64,000 bases of DNA from Candidatus Omnitrophota bacterium (GCA_041651455.1 JBAZJG010000002.1:49431-113430), one strand, 5' to 3'; shown: positions 16,738 to 27,292, counted from the stretch's first letter. Notes: generated by a model not told the origin, from the letters alone. Numbers and translations are program-made.

Positions 16738-19095
16738 ATGGGTAGTAAGCTGGATAAGTACGGTTATTTCGATAACGATAAGAAAGAATTCGTCATCACG
16801 AGGCCCGACACGCCTCTTCCGTGGATCAATTACCTCGGCTGCGAGCAGTATTGCGGCCTCATGTCGAACACCGCGGGCGGCTACAGCTTCTGGATAGACC
16901 CGCTCGAGAACAGGATACTGCGTTACAGGTATAATAATATCCCTTCCGACAGGGGCGGCAGGTACATCTACCTGAGGGACAACAAGTCCCGCGATTTCTG
17001 GTCCGCCTCGTGGCAGCCAGTCCTGAAAAGCCCCGATAAATACAAATACGAGTGCCGCCACGGCCTCGGGTATACCGTCATATCATCGGAATATTCCGGC
17101 ATAAAGACGAAGACATCATATTTCGTCCCGCTCGGGGAGAATCTCGAGATATGGATGATGGAGGTCGAGAACGCCTCGAAGAAAGACAGAGACCTTGACG
17201 TCATTTCTTTCGTGGAATTCTGCCTGCCGAACGCGCTCGAGGACATGACTAACTTCCAGGCGAACCTGAACACCGGCGAGACCGACTACGAGGACGGCAC
17301 CGTCTACAACATCAGCAAACACCGCGTTACGAAGGCGCATTTCTCGTTCTTTACCGTCGCCAACCAAAAGGTCAAGAGCTTCGACAGCAAACGCGACGAC
17401 TTCCTCGGGCCTTACGCCGACCTCAGCGCGCCGCGCGCCGTCGTGGAAGGCAAGGGCAAGAACGGCATCAGCTGCGGCTGGTCGCCGGTCGGGTCGCACA
17501 ATATAGGCCTTAAACTGAAGAAGGGCGAGTCGAAGACGGTGATATTCATCCTCGGCATCGCGCATTCGAGGAAAGAGGTCGACGGCTACAGGAAAAAATA
17601 TTCCACCAGGGCCAAAGTCCTCGACGCATTGAAAAACCTCAACGGGCACTGGGAGGAGAACCTCGACAAATTCAAGGTCGAGACGCCGGACGGCGACCTG
17701 GACCTGATGGCTAACATCTGGAACCAGTACCAGTGCCGCTCGACGTTCAACTGGTCGCGCTCGGCCTCGTACTATGAATCCGGCATCGGCCGCGGAATGG
17801 GTTTCCGCGATTCGAACCAGGACACGCTCGGTTTCGTGCATATGGTCCCGGAGAAGGTGAAGCAGAGGATAATCGACCTCGCCTCAACGCAGTTCGAGGA
17901 GGGCGACGCGCACCACCAGTATTCCCCGCTCACGAAGAAGGGCAGGGAGCGCGGATATTCCGACGACCACCTCTGGCTGATATATTCAGTCGCTGAATAT
18001 ATCAAGGAGACGGGAGATACCGGTTTTCTCTCCGAGACGATCCCTTACAATAATGATAAAAAAGGCACGCTGCTCGAACATCTCGAGAAGGCGATAGATT
18101 ATTCGGTCAAGAACACCGGGCCGCACGGCCTGCCGCTTTCCGGGTTCGCCGACTGGAACGACTGCCTTAACCTGCGCGGGCCTAACAACAAGGGCGAGTC
18201 GGTCCTGGTCGCGCAGATGCTCGTGCTGGCCGCGAAAGAGATGGCCGGCCTGCTGAAATTCGTGAAGGAGCCGAACAAGGCGGCGCGTTTCGACGAGATA
18301 GCGGAGCGCATGACGGAGAGGATAAACGAGGTTGCCTGGGACGGCGCGTGGTATGTCAGGGCTTACGACGACAACTCGAACGTGGTCGGCTCAAAAAAGA
18401 ACAAGGAAGGCAGGATATTCCTTGAGTCGCAGGGATGGGCCGTCATGTCGGGCGTGGCGCCGCAGGACAGGGCGATAAAGACGCTCGATTCGGTCGAAGA
18501 GCACCTTGCCACCGAGCACGGCGTCATCCTGCAGCAGCCGGCTTACAGCGATTACCATAAGAGTTTGGGCGACGTATCGTCATACCCGCCGGGGCTCAAG
18601 GAGAACGCCGGCATATTTTGCCATCCGAACCCGTGGGTCATGATAGCCGAATGCATCGCCGGGCGCGGCGACAGGGCGCTCTGGTATTACAAGGCGATAC
18701 TGCCGCCGTCTAAGGACCCGGATGTCCGCAGGGTAGAGCCGTATATCTATTGCCAGATGGTAGCCGGAAGGGACCATCCCGATTTCGGCGAGGGTAAGAA
18801 CTCGTGGCTTACCGGGACGTCGGCGTGGAATTTTGTCGCGGTCTCGAAGTATATAATCGGGATAAGGCCGGATTACGACGGACTTGTCGTAGACCCCTGC
18901 ATACCGGAAAAATGGGAGGGGTTCAGGGCGGCGAGGAAGTTCCGCAACGCCGTCTACGACATCTCGGTGGATAATCCCGGGCATGTCAGCAAGGGCGTAT
19001 CTTCGGTAAAGGTGGACGGGAAGTTCATAGAGGGGAACAAACTGCCCGTATTCAACGACGGCAAGAAGCATTCCGTCGAGATAACGATGGGCTAA
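16738..19095 (+). CDS. Cellobiose/cellodextrin phosphorylase (GH94)
   Basis: Near-collinear similarity to characterised cellobiose phosphorylases (FDNDKKEFVITRPDTPLPWINYLG, NTAGGYSF, IWNQYQC, SRSASYYESGIGRGMGFRDSNQD, GPHGLPL...ADWNDCLNL, NSWLTGTSAWNF, RPDYDGLVVDP). Confidence 0.9.
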   Translation: MGSKLDKYGYFDNDKKEFVITRPDTPLPWINYLGCEQYCGLMSNTAGGYSFWIDPLENRILRYRYNNIPSDRGGRYIYLRDNKSRDFWSASWQPVLKSPDKYKYECRHGLGYTVISSEYSGIKTKTSYFVPLGENLEIWMMEVENASKKDRDLDVISFVEFCLPNALEDMTNFQANLNTGETDYEDGTVYNISKHRVTKAHFSFFTVANQKVKSFDSKRDDFLGPYADLSAPRAVVEGKGKNGISCGWSPVGSHNIGLKLKKGESKTVIFILGIAHSRKEVDGYRKKYSTRAKVLDALKNLNGHWEENLDKFKVETPDGDLDLMANIWNQYQCRSTFNWSRSASYYESGIGRGMGFRDSNQDTLGFVHMVPEKVKQRIIDLASTQFEEGDAHHQYSPLTKKGRERGYSDDHLWLIYSVAEYIKETGDTGFLSETIPYNNDKKGTLLEHLEKAIDYSVKNTGPHGLPLSGFADWNDCLNLRGPNNKGESVLVAQMLVLAAKEMAGLLKFVKEPNKAARFDEIAERMTERINEVAWDGAWYVRAYDDNSNVVGSKKNKEGRIFLESQGWAVMSGVAPQDRAIKTLDSVEEHLATEHGVILQQPAYSDYHKSLGDVSSYPPGLKENAGIFCHPNPWVMIAECIAGRGDRALWYYKAILPPSKDPDVRRVEPYIYCQMVAGRDHPDFGEGKNSWLTGTSAWNFVAVSKYIIGIRPDYDGLVVDPCIPEKWEGFRAARKFRNAVYDISVDNPGHVSKGVSSVKVDGKFIEGNKLPVFNDGKKHSVEITMG

Positions 19096-19098
19096 CGC

Positions 19099-20223
19099 AT
19101 GAAGGAGACACAGATGAAGAAAGCGATGATCCTGGCAATGATACTGGCGGTACCGCGGTTGTGCATGGCCGCCGAATACGAGGCCGTATTCAAGGAGAAC
19201 ATGGGCAAGTACACATACGCGTACCCGTCCACGAGCACGATCGAGATAGCCGAGCAGGGCGCGAAGGACGGAAGGGCCTGCCTCATGCTTGTCCTCGACC
19301 ATAAGGAATACTCGGGCGGCGCTTTCGCGTTCAGCGACCCGATCGACGTTTCTTCGATAAAGGATACCGGCTCGCTCGAGTTCTGGATAAAGGGCGGCAA
19401 CGGCGGGGAGAGGCTTGAGGTCGCGCTCGTGAGCGAGCAGGCCGACGGCAAGAAGGCCGAGAGCGTGCTAAGCTTAAATTCCGTGAGCAGTGTCGACAAC
19501 AGGTGGAAGAAGGTAGAGATACCGCTGAAGCTCTTCCCGAAGAACGGCATCTACTGGGACGCGGATAAGGGCAAGGAGCTCCCGCTTGCGTTCGACTGGA
19601 AGAACGTGACCGAATTCAAGGTCCGGACGAGACCGACACAGGGCCAGGATGACATAAAGCTCTATTTCGACGACATCGTCTTCACGAAAGACGCGAAGCC
19701 GGGCGTCAACGCGCTTGTCGTGTTCGACGGGGCGTTCCCATCCTATACGTACGCGTATCCGGAGAGCGGAAGCAGGATAACCGTATCGGCCGGTGACGTA
19801 TTCGAGGGCAAGCCCTCGGCGAAGATATCGCTTAACGCGAAGGACTATTCGGGCGCCGCGTTCGCTTTCGGACCCGTTGACCTCAGCGGAATGCGCGAAG
19901 CGGGAGTCCTCGAGTTCATGATGAAGAGCGGCGCGGGCGGCGAGAAGGTGGAGATATGCCTCGTGCAGGCGGCAGAGCCGAAAGTCGAGACCGGCGTGAA
20001 CTTAAGCGGCATAAAACCGCTCACTACCGAATGGCAGAAATACGAGATACCGCTGAGCATGTTCCAGGACAGGGGCAAGTACTGGGACGAGGCCTCCAAG
20101 AAAGAGGTCGGCGCCGACGTGAAGAACTGGGACAAGATCGGCGAGATCAAGTTCAAGATAAGGAAGGACGAGAACAAAGAATGCTCCCTATACATAACGG
20201 ACGCAAAGTTCAGATTGCAGTAA
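19099..20223 (+). CDS. Secreted protein with two tandem CBM-like beta-sandwich domains
   Basis: Signal peptide; two copies of the LEFWIKGGNGGE...W.KVEIPL...YFDDIVF module. Confidence 0.6.
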   Translation: MKETQMKKAMILAMILAVPRLCMAAEYEAVFKENMGKYTYAYPSTSTIEIAEQGAKDGRACLMLVLDHKEYSGGAFAFSDPIDVSSIKDTGSLEFWIKGGNGGERLEVALVSEQADGKKAESVLSLNSVSSVDNRWKKVEIPLKLFPKNGIYWDADKGKELPLAFDWKNVTEFKVRTRPTQGQDDIKLYFDDIVFTKDAKPGVNALVVFDGAFPSYTYAYPESGSRITVSAGDVFEGKPSAKISLNAKDYSGAAFAFGPVDLSGMREAGVLEFMMKSGAGGEKVEICLVQAAEPKVETGVNLSGIKPLTTEWQKYEIPLSMFQDRGKYWDEASKKEVGADVKNWDKIGEIKFKIRKDENKECSLYITDAKFRLQ

Positions 20224-22478
20224 TAGCAGCGGCGGTATTGCTCTGTTCGTGCGCTAAGCAACCCGAGGTTGAATTCAAAGTGCGGGTTTTCGACGGTGAT
20301 ATGGCCGGCTGCCGCGATCATTGGGGCGACTCCTGGATAGGAAGCGGAAGCGGAAGCCGCGTCGACCGGGCCGACGACAAGATAAAACTGGCCGACCTTG
20401 GAAAAGAAGGGCCTGTCCCTGAGGGGCTTGCGCTCGATTTTTCCGGGGAGAACGTTAAGGGCGGCTGGTGGTCCGCTTGTCTGGCCCGGCCAATGTGGCA
20501 GGTGATGTCGCTCGATAATTACAGGGACAAGGGATACCTCGAGATCTGCGTGAAGGGCGCCTCCGGAGGGGAGGAGTTCATCATAGGGCTTGCCGACAAG
20601 AGCAAGCTTAAGAGGGAGGCGATGCTGCCTTCCTCCAGGTTCTTCGCGGTCACTACGCAATGGCAGCGCGTAAGGATACCCCTGTCGGAATTTGCCGCGG
20701 TAAAGCAAGCCCTCGATTTCGACAGGATATCGCACATCATAATCAGGAACGGGAACAAGCCGGGGAAATTCGCCTTTTACATTAAAGATGCGGCTTTCCG
20801 TTCGGAGCTCGTCGAGAAGTCCTACCCGCTCATCAAGGTGGACCAGGCGGGATACGCGCCGGCGGAAAAGAAGGTCGCCAAGGTATCCGGTATCGGGATA
20901 AAGGGCTACGGCGGCAGCAAATTCCGTTTGGTCGACGAGGATACGGGCAAGGAGGTCTTCTCCGGCAGGTTAAAGTACGTCTCGGGGCGCGATAGAGCGA
21001 CGGGCGACGCGGTTTTCGACGCGGATTTTACGGCGTTCGACAGGCCCGGGAGGTACAGGATAAGCGCAGGGAGCGCGGAGCTCAAGAGCCCCGTCTTTTG
21101 CATATCCGGTTCGGCATATGACACCGTGCTGCGCGATTCGCTGAGGATGTATTTTTACCAGAGGTGCGGCACGGCCCTTGAGGCCGGATGCGCCGGCAAA
21201 TGGACGCACGCCTCGTGCCATAACGACGACGCGTACCTGCTTTCCGACGAGACGAAAAAGATCGAGGCGGCGGGCGGCTGGCACGACGCGGGTGATTACG
21301 GGAAATATGTGGTCAACGGCGGCATAGCCGCGGGGACGCTGCTGGCGATATACGAGCTCCGTCCGGAGAACTTTTCCGACGGCCAGCTCGGGATACCGGA
21401 GAGCGGGAACTCCGTCCCCGATATCCTCGACGAGGCAAGATGGGAGATCGAGTGGTTCCTGAAGATGCAGAGGGAAGACGGCGCGGCCTGCCATAAGCTG
21501 GCCGGGGAATATGTCCCCGTCGACAGGTCGCCGGACCGGGACCAGGTAAAAAGGTTCATCATGGACATATCGACCCCTGCCACTGCGAACCTGGCCGCTG
21601 TCGCCGCTATAGCCTCGCGGACCTACGGCAAGCATGACCCGGTTTTTTCGAAGAGATGCCTGGATGCGGCCGAAAGGGCGTGGGCGTACCTGGAGTCCCA
21701 CCCTTCGAATTATCCGCCGAGGGGCTATTCCGATCCTGTTTTGGATAAGGGCGAAATTGACGGAGGCGATTACGGCGACGACCCGCAGGGAAAATGGACG
21801 CAGGGCGACAGGGACGAGAGGTTCTGGGCCGCCTGCGAGCTCTTCCGCGCGACGGGAAAAGACAGGTACCATGATTACATAAAAGCGAATTACGGGATAT
21901 TCAAGGCCGGCCACGCGATGAACTGGCAGCAGGTGCAGAACCTGGGCCTGTATTCATATTGCATGTCCGCGTCCGCCGATGCCTCGCTGAAGAAGGAGAT
22001 CATGAGGTCCCTCGGCAAATACGGCAAGGGCATATTGAAGGCCTCCCGCGCCAACGCTTACGGCAACGCGCTGCGCGGTTACGAGTATTACTGGGGCTCG
22101 AATACGGTAGCGCTGAATTACGGCGTCGACCTGATATACCTGTACGAGATGACCGGCGACCGCAGGTACAGGGACGCCGCGCTCGACCAGCTGCACTATA
22201 TACTCGGCAGGAACGTCTTCGGGCTGTCGATGGTAAGCGGCATCGGAGAGAAAAGTATAGAAAAATATTATCACACATGGTTTAATAATAGCGATTACGA
22301 CACATTGCCCCCGGGATTCATGGTCGGGGGGCCGAATGCCGATAATTTCAAGGTATCGCGGTATCCGGGGCGCTGCTACAAGAATGTCGGCTCCGATTTC
22401 ACCGTCGACGAGATAGCGGTAAATTACAATGCCCCGCTGGTCTTCGTATCGGGTTATTTCAAGGAGGATAAGAGATGA
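20181..22478 (+). CDS. GH9 endoglucanase (lipoprotein-like signal, N-terminal CBM-like domain, CelD_N Ig-like domain, GH9 catalytic domain)
   Basis: GH9 signatures GGWHDAGDYGKY and YYWGSN. The ATG at 20181 has a lipobox-like VLLCSC. The track's start at 19956 reads through the previous gene in another frame, and the real gene overlaps the upstream gene by 43 nt. Confidence 0.85.
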   Translation: MLPIHNGRKVQIAVIAAAVLLCSCAKQPEVEFKVRVFDGDMAGCRDHWGDSWIGSGSGSRVDRADDKIKLADLGKEGPVPEGLALDFSGENVKGGWWSACLARPMWQVMSLDNYRDKGYLEICVKGASGGEEFIIGLADKSKLKREAMLPSSRFFAVTTQWQRVRIPLSEFAAVKQALDFDRISHIIIRNGNKPGKFAFYIKDAAFRSELVEKSYPLIKVDQAGYAPAEKKVAKVSGIGIKGYGGSKFRLVDEDTGKEVFSGRLKYVSGRDRATGDAVFDADFTAFDRPGRYRISAGSAELKSPVFCISGSAYDTVLRDSLRMYFYQRCGTALEAGCAGKWTHASCHNDDAYLLSDETKKIEAAGGWHDAGDYGKYVVNGGIAAGTLLAIYELRPENFSDGQLGIPESGNSVPDILDEARWEIEWFLKMQREDGAACHKLAGEYVPVDRSPDRDQVKRFIMDISTPATANLAAVAAIASRTYGKHDPVFSKRCLDAAERAWAYLESHPSNYPPRGYSDPVLDKGEIDGGDYGDDPQGKWTQGDRDERFWAACELFRATGKDRYHDYIKANYGIFKAGHAMNWQQVQNLGLYSYCMSASADASLKKEIMRSLGKYGKGILKASRANAYGNALRGYEYYWGSNTVALNYGVDLIYLYEMTGDRRYRDAALDQLHYILGRNVFGLSMVSGIGEKSIEKYYHTWFNNSDYDTLPPGFMVGGPNADNFKVSRYPGRCYKNVGSDFTVDEIAVNYNAPLVFVSGYFKEDKR

Positions 22479-23071
22479 AAAAGGTCTTTTTGGCGGCCCT
22501 GATGCTGCTGCCGGCATCGGCCCTGTGCGCGGCGGTAGTTTACGGGATCTTCTCCGAGGAGATAGAGAAGGAAGGGACATATCATTATTCCTACCCGACG
22601 GACGGCACGAGCGAGATACGGACGACGAACATAGAGAAACATTCGGGGAATTATTCGATGAAGGTCACGCTTAACCCTTCCGGGTTTTCGGGCGCGGCTA
22701 TAGGTAATTACCCGCCGATGGACCTCGCGAAGTGCCGTGAAGCGGGCGCGCTGGAATTCTGGATAAAGGGCGAGAACGGCGGCGAAAAATGCGAGATACT
22801 GCTTCTCGACGACTCGAACAACGACGGCAACAAGACGGAAGCGGGAGTGGTCATAACGCCGAAGTATGTGACGATAACAAAAGATTGGCAGAAGGTCAGT
22901 ATCCCGCTGAAGGCGTTCCCGAACGACGGGCAGTACTGGGACGGCGGGAAGAACGTCAAGAATGCCGTCAATTGGAGCGAGATCGTGGAGTTCAAGGTCG
23001 CGAGCCGCCCCTATGACAAGAACGCCGGGTTCACGGTCTATATAGACGACGTGAACATAGTGATGCCATGA
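22475..23071 (+). CDS. Secreted single-domain CBM-like protein
   Basis: Signal peptide; LEFWIKGENGGEKCEILL...WQKVSIPL...YIDDVNI module. Confidence 0.6.
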   Translation: MKKVFLAALMLLPASALCAAVVYGIFSEEIEKEGTYHYSYPTDGTSEIRTTNIEKHSGNYSMKVTLNPSGFSGAAIGNYPPMDLAKCREAGALEFWIKGENGGEKCEILLLDDSNNDGNKTEAGVVITPKYVTITKDWQKVSIPLKAFPNDGQYWDGGKNVKNAVNWSEIVEFKVASRPYDKNAGFTVYIDDVNIVMP

Positions 23072-25950
23072 TAAAAAATATAAGATCTTTCCTCGCGATG
23101 GCCGTATGCGGCGCCTTCATGCTGCCGAACTCCGGGAACTGGTACACGAAGGACGATTCGCCGGACAAGGGCGCCTCCGTGATAAGCTTCAGGATCGACG
23201 AGAAGGCGGACGCAACAGGCGGCGACGGCTCGATAGCATTCGAATATTCCCTCGGGAAGGGCTTCCAGTGGCCGTATGTCCAGTTATTGTGCCCGCTTTC
23301 GCAGGATGGTGCCGCGGGCACCAAGGACCTCAGCGCGTATTCCGGCGTATCGCTCTGGATCAAGACCGAGGGGAAGACGCAGGTGAGGCTGGTAATATTC
23401 ACCGCTGAGGACGGCGTCACCGATATAAACAACAGCGGCACCTACAGGCACAACGAAGTATCAATAAAGACATCCGACAGGTTCGTCCAGTACAAGATAC
23501 CTTTCGAGCAGTTCAAGACCCCGCAGTGGTGGTTGAGCCAGCATGCCGGTGCGAAGAAACAGCCCGACTGGAGCAAATCGATAGAGTTCGCGGTAATGGA
23601 GGACGACAGCCTCTCCGCCGGCGCGGGCGAAAAGGGATGGATAGACGGGATAACCTTTTACAGGGGCCCGCTCGAGATAAGGGCCTCGTCGCCCGAGGAC
23701 AGGGAATCCGGGGTGAAAGCGGACGCGCCGGTCAAGATATCGTTCAATTTTCCCGTGACGACCGAAGAACTCCAAAAAAATTTCCGGCTCATAAAAGCGG
23801 ACCAGGGCGGCAAGCCCGTCGAGTGCGCGATAAACTTATCCGCTGACGGGCGGGAAGCGGTGTTTACTCCCGTGAAACCGCTCGATACCAAGAGCCGTTA
23901 TCTCTATAAGATATACAAGAGACTCGTGAACTTCACGACGGAATACGGCATCGGGAATATCTACGGCCGCGTGACCGGCGAGGACGGAAAGCCCGTCGCC
24001 GACGCGTCGGTAAGGACATATCCCGGCGATAAGAGGACGAGGACCGACAAGGACGGCAGGTACTATTTCGAGGGAGTGAACCTCGACAGGATATGCCTCT
24101 ACTGCGTGAAGGACGGCTATTATACGGGATTCGGCATGTTGCCGCTCGTGCCGAAGGAAGATTTCTACGTCGATTTCAGGCTTTCGGAAACCCCGAGGCG
24201 GGACGGGAAAGTCCAGCCGTACCTGTTCGGCGTGAATTTCAACGACTGGGAGACCGAAGGATATCTTCTGCCGGTAAAGGACAAGGTCAAGGCTGCGGGT
24301 TTCACGATAATGAGGTGGGGCGGCATCGGAAAGGACCTTATCGAGGTCGACGAGGCGAAGATAGACGAGTTCATCTCATACGCGAAAGCGGTAAGGGCGG
24401 AACCCGTCGTGCAGGTCAGGCTAATTAAGGGCAGCATCGAAGAGGCGGCCAAGGCGGTCAAATACTGCAATATAGCCAAGCGCTACAAGGTCAAATACTG
24501 GATAATCGGCAACGAGCCCGACTGGTATAACGAGAAGCAGTGGGGGCCTTACGGCGCGGAGGATTACTGCAGGGATTACCGCGCGTATTACAACGCGATG
24601 AAGGCCGTGGACCCGTCGATAAAGATAATGGGCCCCGAACTGACCGCGAAATACTACCTCGCCGCGCATGACAACTGGATAGAGCCGTTCCTCAGGGAAT
24701 GCGGCGATATAATAGATATCATCTCGATACACCTCTACCCGTACAGCGGCAAGCAGCCGCCCCAGCAGACGCTGATGGGCCTCGGCAATTACAGGCGCGT
24801 GATAGACAGCATCAGGCAGAAGACGCAGGAGATCGCCGGGCGCGAGATACCCATTGCGGTCACCGAGTATAACCTGACCTGGGACTGGCTCGCCGAAGGC
24901 GACGGCGCGAACAATTCGTTTTACGCGGGCCTCTACCTTGCCGACTTCCTCGGCGCGATGGCGGAGAAGCAGGTGTTCATCGCGAATTTCTGGGACATCA
25001 TGGAGAAGGGCACGATCGGGTTCCTCGAGCATGAGACGTTCAAGCCGTACCCGACCTATTACACGTTCATGATGTACAGGAATTTCCGCGGCGAGCTCAT
25101 AGATACCGCGACGGACAGGAAAGAGCTGAAGGTCTACGGCGCTAAGGACAAAAGCGGCAATGTGGTATTGATGGTCATCAATAAGAGCGGCAGCAGACAG
25201 GTCGAGGCGGAACTCGCCCCGGCGGCCCTGAAGAAAACGCAGGACAGGTATTTTTCATTCCCGCCGTATTCGCTTACATGCCTGAAGATAAGCTCCGGCG
25301 GCAGGTGCTCCGACGCGTGGCAGTATTCGAAGGAGATGTACGATAAGGACGAAGGCATGCTGTCGGGCAGGAAGCTTGTAAAAAAGACCGTGCTGAAAGA
25401 GCTTGTCCCTGCGGCCGTGCAGTCCGGGCCCGGGGCAGGCAAAGGCCTGATGGATGATTTCGAAAGCAGGGACTTCGTATCGCCGATGGGCGGCGCATGG
25501 ATACCGGAAGACGACTCGGTCAACGGCGGCGATTCGACTTCGAAGATATCGCTCTCCGAAGGCAACGGCAGCGCGTCCGGTCTGAGGTTCGAATACACGC
25601 TCGGCGAGAAGTTCAACAACAGGTATTCCATCTGCGCGGCGGTATTCGACGGTCCGGTGGACATCTCGAAGTACAAGAAGATGGTTTTTTGGGCCAAAGG
25701 GACGGAAAAGGCCTTCAAGATAAAGGTCTGCTCCGCCTCCGTAGGCGATTATGATTACCACGGCACTACCATCACTCCCTCCGAGGGCTGGAAAGAGTAT
25801 TCTATAGCCCTGTCATCCCTCAAACAGGAAGGCTGGGGCAGAAAAACAGGTATTGACCTCACGCAGGTAAACAAGATACAATTTGAGTCAGGCACGAAGA
25901 CCGCCGGTGACGAGGGTTTCATTGTCGTTGACGATATCCGTTTCAAATAA
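23068..25950 (+). CDS. Multidomain glycoside hydrolase, clan GH-A TIM barrel (GH5/30/39/44-like), with an N-terminal CBM-like domain, Ig-like and carboxypeptidase-regulatory-like domains and a C-terminal CBM-like domain
   Basis: MRWGG...WIIGNEPD (acid/base) and IAVTEYN (nucleophile) motifs. GRVTGEDGKPVADASV...DKDGRY CarbopepD_reg-like segment. The exact family cannot be resolved by eye. Confidence 0.65.
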   Translation: MIKNIRSFLAMAVCGAFMLPNSGNWYTKDDSPDKGASVISFRIDEKADATGGDGSIAFEYSLGKGFQWPYVQLLCPLSQDGAAGTKDLSAYSGVSLWIKTEGKTQVRLVIFTAEDGVTDINNSGTYRHNEVSIKTSDRFVQYKIPFEQFKTPQWWLSQHAGAKKQPDWSKSIEFAVMEDDSLSAGAGEKGWIDGITFYRGPLEIRASSPEDRESGVKADAPVKISFNFPVTTEELQKNFRLIKADQGGKPVECAINLSADGREAVFTPVKPLDTKSRYLYKIYKRLVNFTTEYGIGNIYGRVTGEDGKPVADASVRTYPGDKRTRTDKDGRYYFEGVNLDRICLYCVKDGYYTGFGMLPLVPKEDFYVDFRLSETPRRDGKVQPYLFGVNFNDWETEGYLLPVKDKVKAAGFTIMRWGGIGKDLIEVDEAKIDEFISYAKAVRAEPVVQVRLIKGSIEEAAKAVKYCNIAKRYKVKYWIIGNEPDWYNEKQWGPYGAEDYCRDYRAYYNAMKAVDPSIKIMGPELTAKYYLAAHDNWIEPFLRECGDIIDIISIHLYPYSGKQPPQQTLMGLGNYRRVIDSIRQKTQEIAGREIPIAVTEYNLTWDWLAEGDGANNSFYAGLYLADFLGAMAEKQVFIANFWDIMEKGTIGFLEHETFKPYPTYYTFMMYRNFRGELIDTATDRKELKVYGAKDKSGNVVLMVINKSGSRQVEAELAPAALKKTQDRYFSFPPYSLTCLKISSGGRCSDAWQYSKEMYDKDEGMLSGRKLVKKTVLKELVPAAVQSGPGAGKGLMDDFESRDFVSPMGGAWIPEDDSVNGGDSTSKISLSEGNGSASGLRFEYTLGEKFNNRYSICAAVFDGPVDISKYKKMVFWAKGTEKAFKIKVCSASVGDYDYHGTTITPSEGWKEYSIALSSLKQEGWGRKTGIDLTQVNKIQFESGTKTAGDEGFIVVDDIRFK

Positions 25951-25979
25951 CGGAACTTTCCAGGTCGAAAACTGTCTAA

Positions 25980-26522
25980 ATGGGTGAAGAGAGCATAAAT
26001 TTCGATGAGCTGGTCCTTGAGCATAAGGACAAGGTCTTCAATTTGTGCTACCGTTTCCTCGGCAATTACGAGGAAGCCGACGATTGCGCGCAGGAGACCT
26101 TCGTAAAAGTATACCGCTCTTTGAAGGACTTCAGACGGGAGTCGTCCGTCTCGACGTGGATCTACAGGATAGCGGTAAATACCTGCAAGAACAGGGTCGC
26201 GTCGGCGCAGTACCGCCGCAGCAGGAACATGGTCCGGCTCGACGAGCCGAAAGAGACCGACGACGGCGCCAGGCCTGTGGAGATAGGCGACGAGAAGCTC
26301 TCCCCGGCGACGGAGGCCGACAGGAAGGAAAAGGGAGAGCTGATACAGGAAGCGATAGATTCCCTGCCGCGCGACCAGAAGTCGGTGGTCATATTGCGCG
26401 ATATCGAGGGGCTCTCTTATGAGGCAGTCGCCGAAGCGACGGGCCTGAACCTCGGGACCGTGAAGTCGAAGCTGGCGAGAGCCAGGCAGGAATTAAGGGA
26501 AAAACTGAAGGGGCTGGTATAG
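25980..26522 (+). CDS. RNA polymerase sigma-70 factor, ECF subfamily
   Basis: Region 2 (ETFVKVYRSLKDF...WIYRIAVNTCKN) and region 4 (SYEAVAEATGLNLGTVKSKLARAR) motifs. Confidence 0.85.
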   Translation: MGEESINFDELVLEHKDKVFNLCYRFLGNYEEADDCAQETFVKVYRSLKDFRRESSVSTWIYRIAVNTCKNRVASAQYRRSRNMVRLDEPKETDDGARPVEIGDEKLSPATEADRKEKGELIQEAIDSLPRDQKSVVILRDIEGLSYEAVAEATGLNLGTVKSKLARARQELREKLKGLV

Positions 26523-27272
26523 ATGGATAACAAAGACAAGAGGGATATGCTGCCGGAGGACGAATACCTGAAGCGGATGAGTTCCCTGCCGAAGGTAAAG
26601 GCCCCGGATGATTTCCTGCAGAAGGTGCGCGCGCGGATCGAAAAGCGCCCGCTCCGCGAAAGGATAATAGACGCCCTTTTTGTCCCGTTCAGGATAAAGA
26701 TACCGCTCGAGGTAGCGGCCGTGACGGCGATGCTGTTGCTCGTGATGTCCAGCCTCGATGTGGTCAAGCCGTCGAAGCAGCTTGCGTCCGTGCCGAAGTC
26801 GGATGTAGAGACGGCGGTCGTCGGGAAGGCGGACGATTATAAATATCAGGAATATGCGGATAAGGTCGAATCCGGCGCCGCGCCCGCGGAAAAACCTGCG
26901 GCAACAGAAGCCCTTAAAATGAAGAAGGTTGAATTCAAAGAATCCCGGTTGTGCGAGGGGGAGTCCTCCTCTGTGTGCGCGGATTCGGCGGAGCCGGCGC
27001 CCAGATCATCCAAAGGATTTTTCCGCGCGGACGTCATGCCCGCCATAACCGGATATATCAAGTCATCTCAGGGCGCCATTACCCATATAGAGACCGACAA
27101 GAACACCGGCCTGCCGCTGTATATAGACGCCGAGATACCCGCCGCTAACTATGAATCGTTCAAGAAGAAGCTGGAAGACCCCGCCATATCCCGCAATATT
27201 AAGATAGAGCCCATCCTGAAGGAAGCCCCGCAGGGAATCAATATAATCCAAATCCGCATTTTTATGATATAA
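26523..27272 (+). CDS. Putative anti-sigma factor (single TM)
   Basis: Adjacent to and coupled with the ECF sigma gene; short cytoplasmic N-terminus, one TM (PLEVAAVTAMLLLVMSSL), periplasmic C-terminus. Confidence 0.5.
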   Translation: MDNKDKRDMLPEDEYLKRMSSLPKVKAPDDFLQKVRARIEKRPLRERIIDALFVPFRIKIPLEVAAVTAMLLLVMSSLDVVKPSKQLASVPKSDVETAVVGKADDYKYQEYADKVESGAAPAEKPAATEALKMKKVEFKESRLCEGESSSVCADSAEPAPRSSKGFFRADVMPAITGYIKSSQGAITHIETDKNTGLPLYIDAEIPAANYESFKKKLEDPAISRNIKIEPILKEAPQGINIIQIRIFMI

Positions 27273-27292
27273 TCTATAAAACGGAGGTCTGC

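Noticed and set aside
19956-20180. Track start of the 840-aa ORF at 19956 (MPRAGGRAESRDRR...)
   Set aside because: The extension overlaps the well-supported CBM gene at 19099..20223 in another frame and is Arg-rich junk. The real start is the ATG at 20181, followed by a lipoprotein-type signal.
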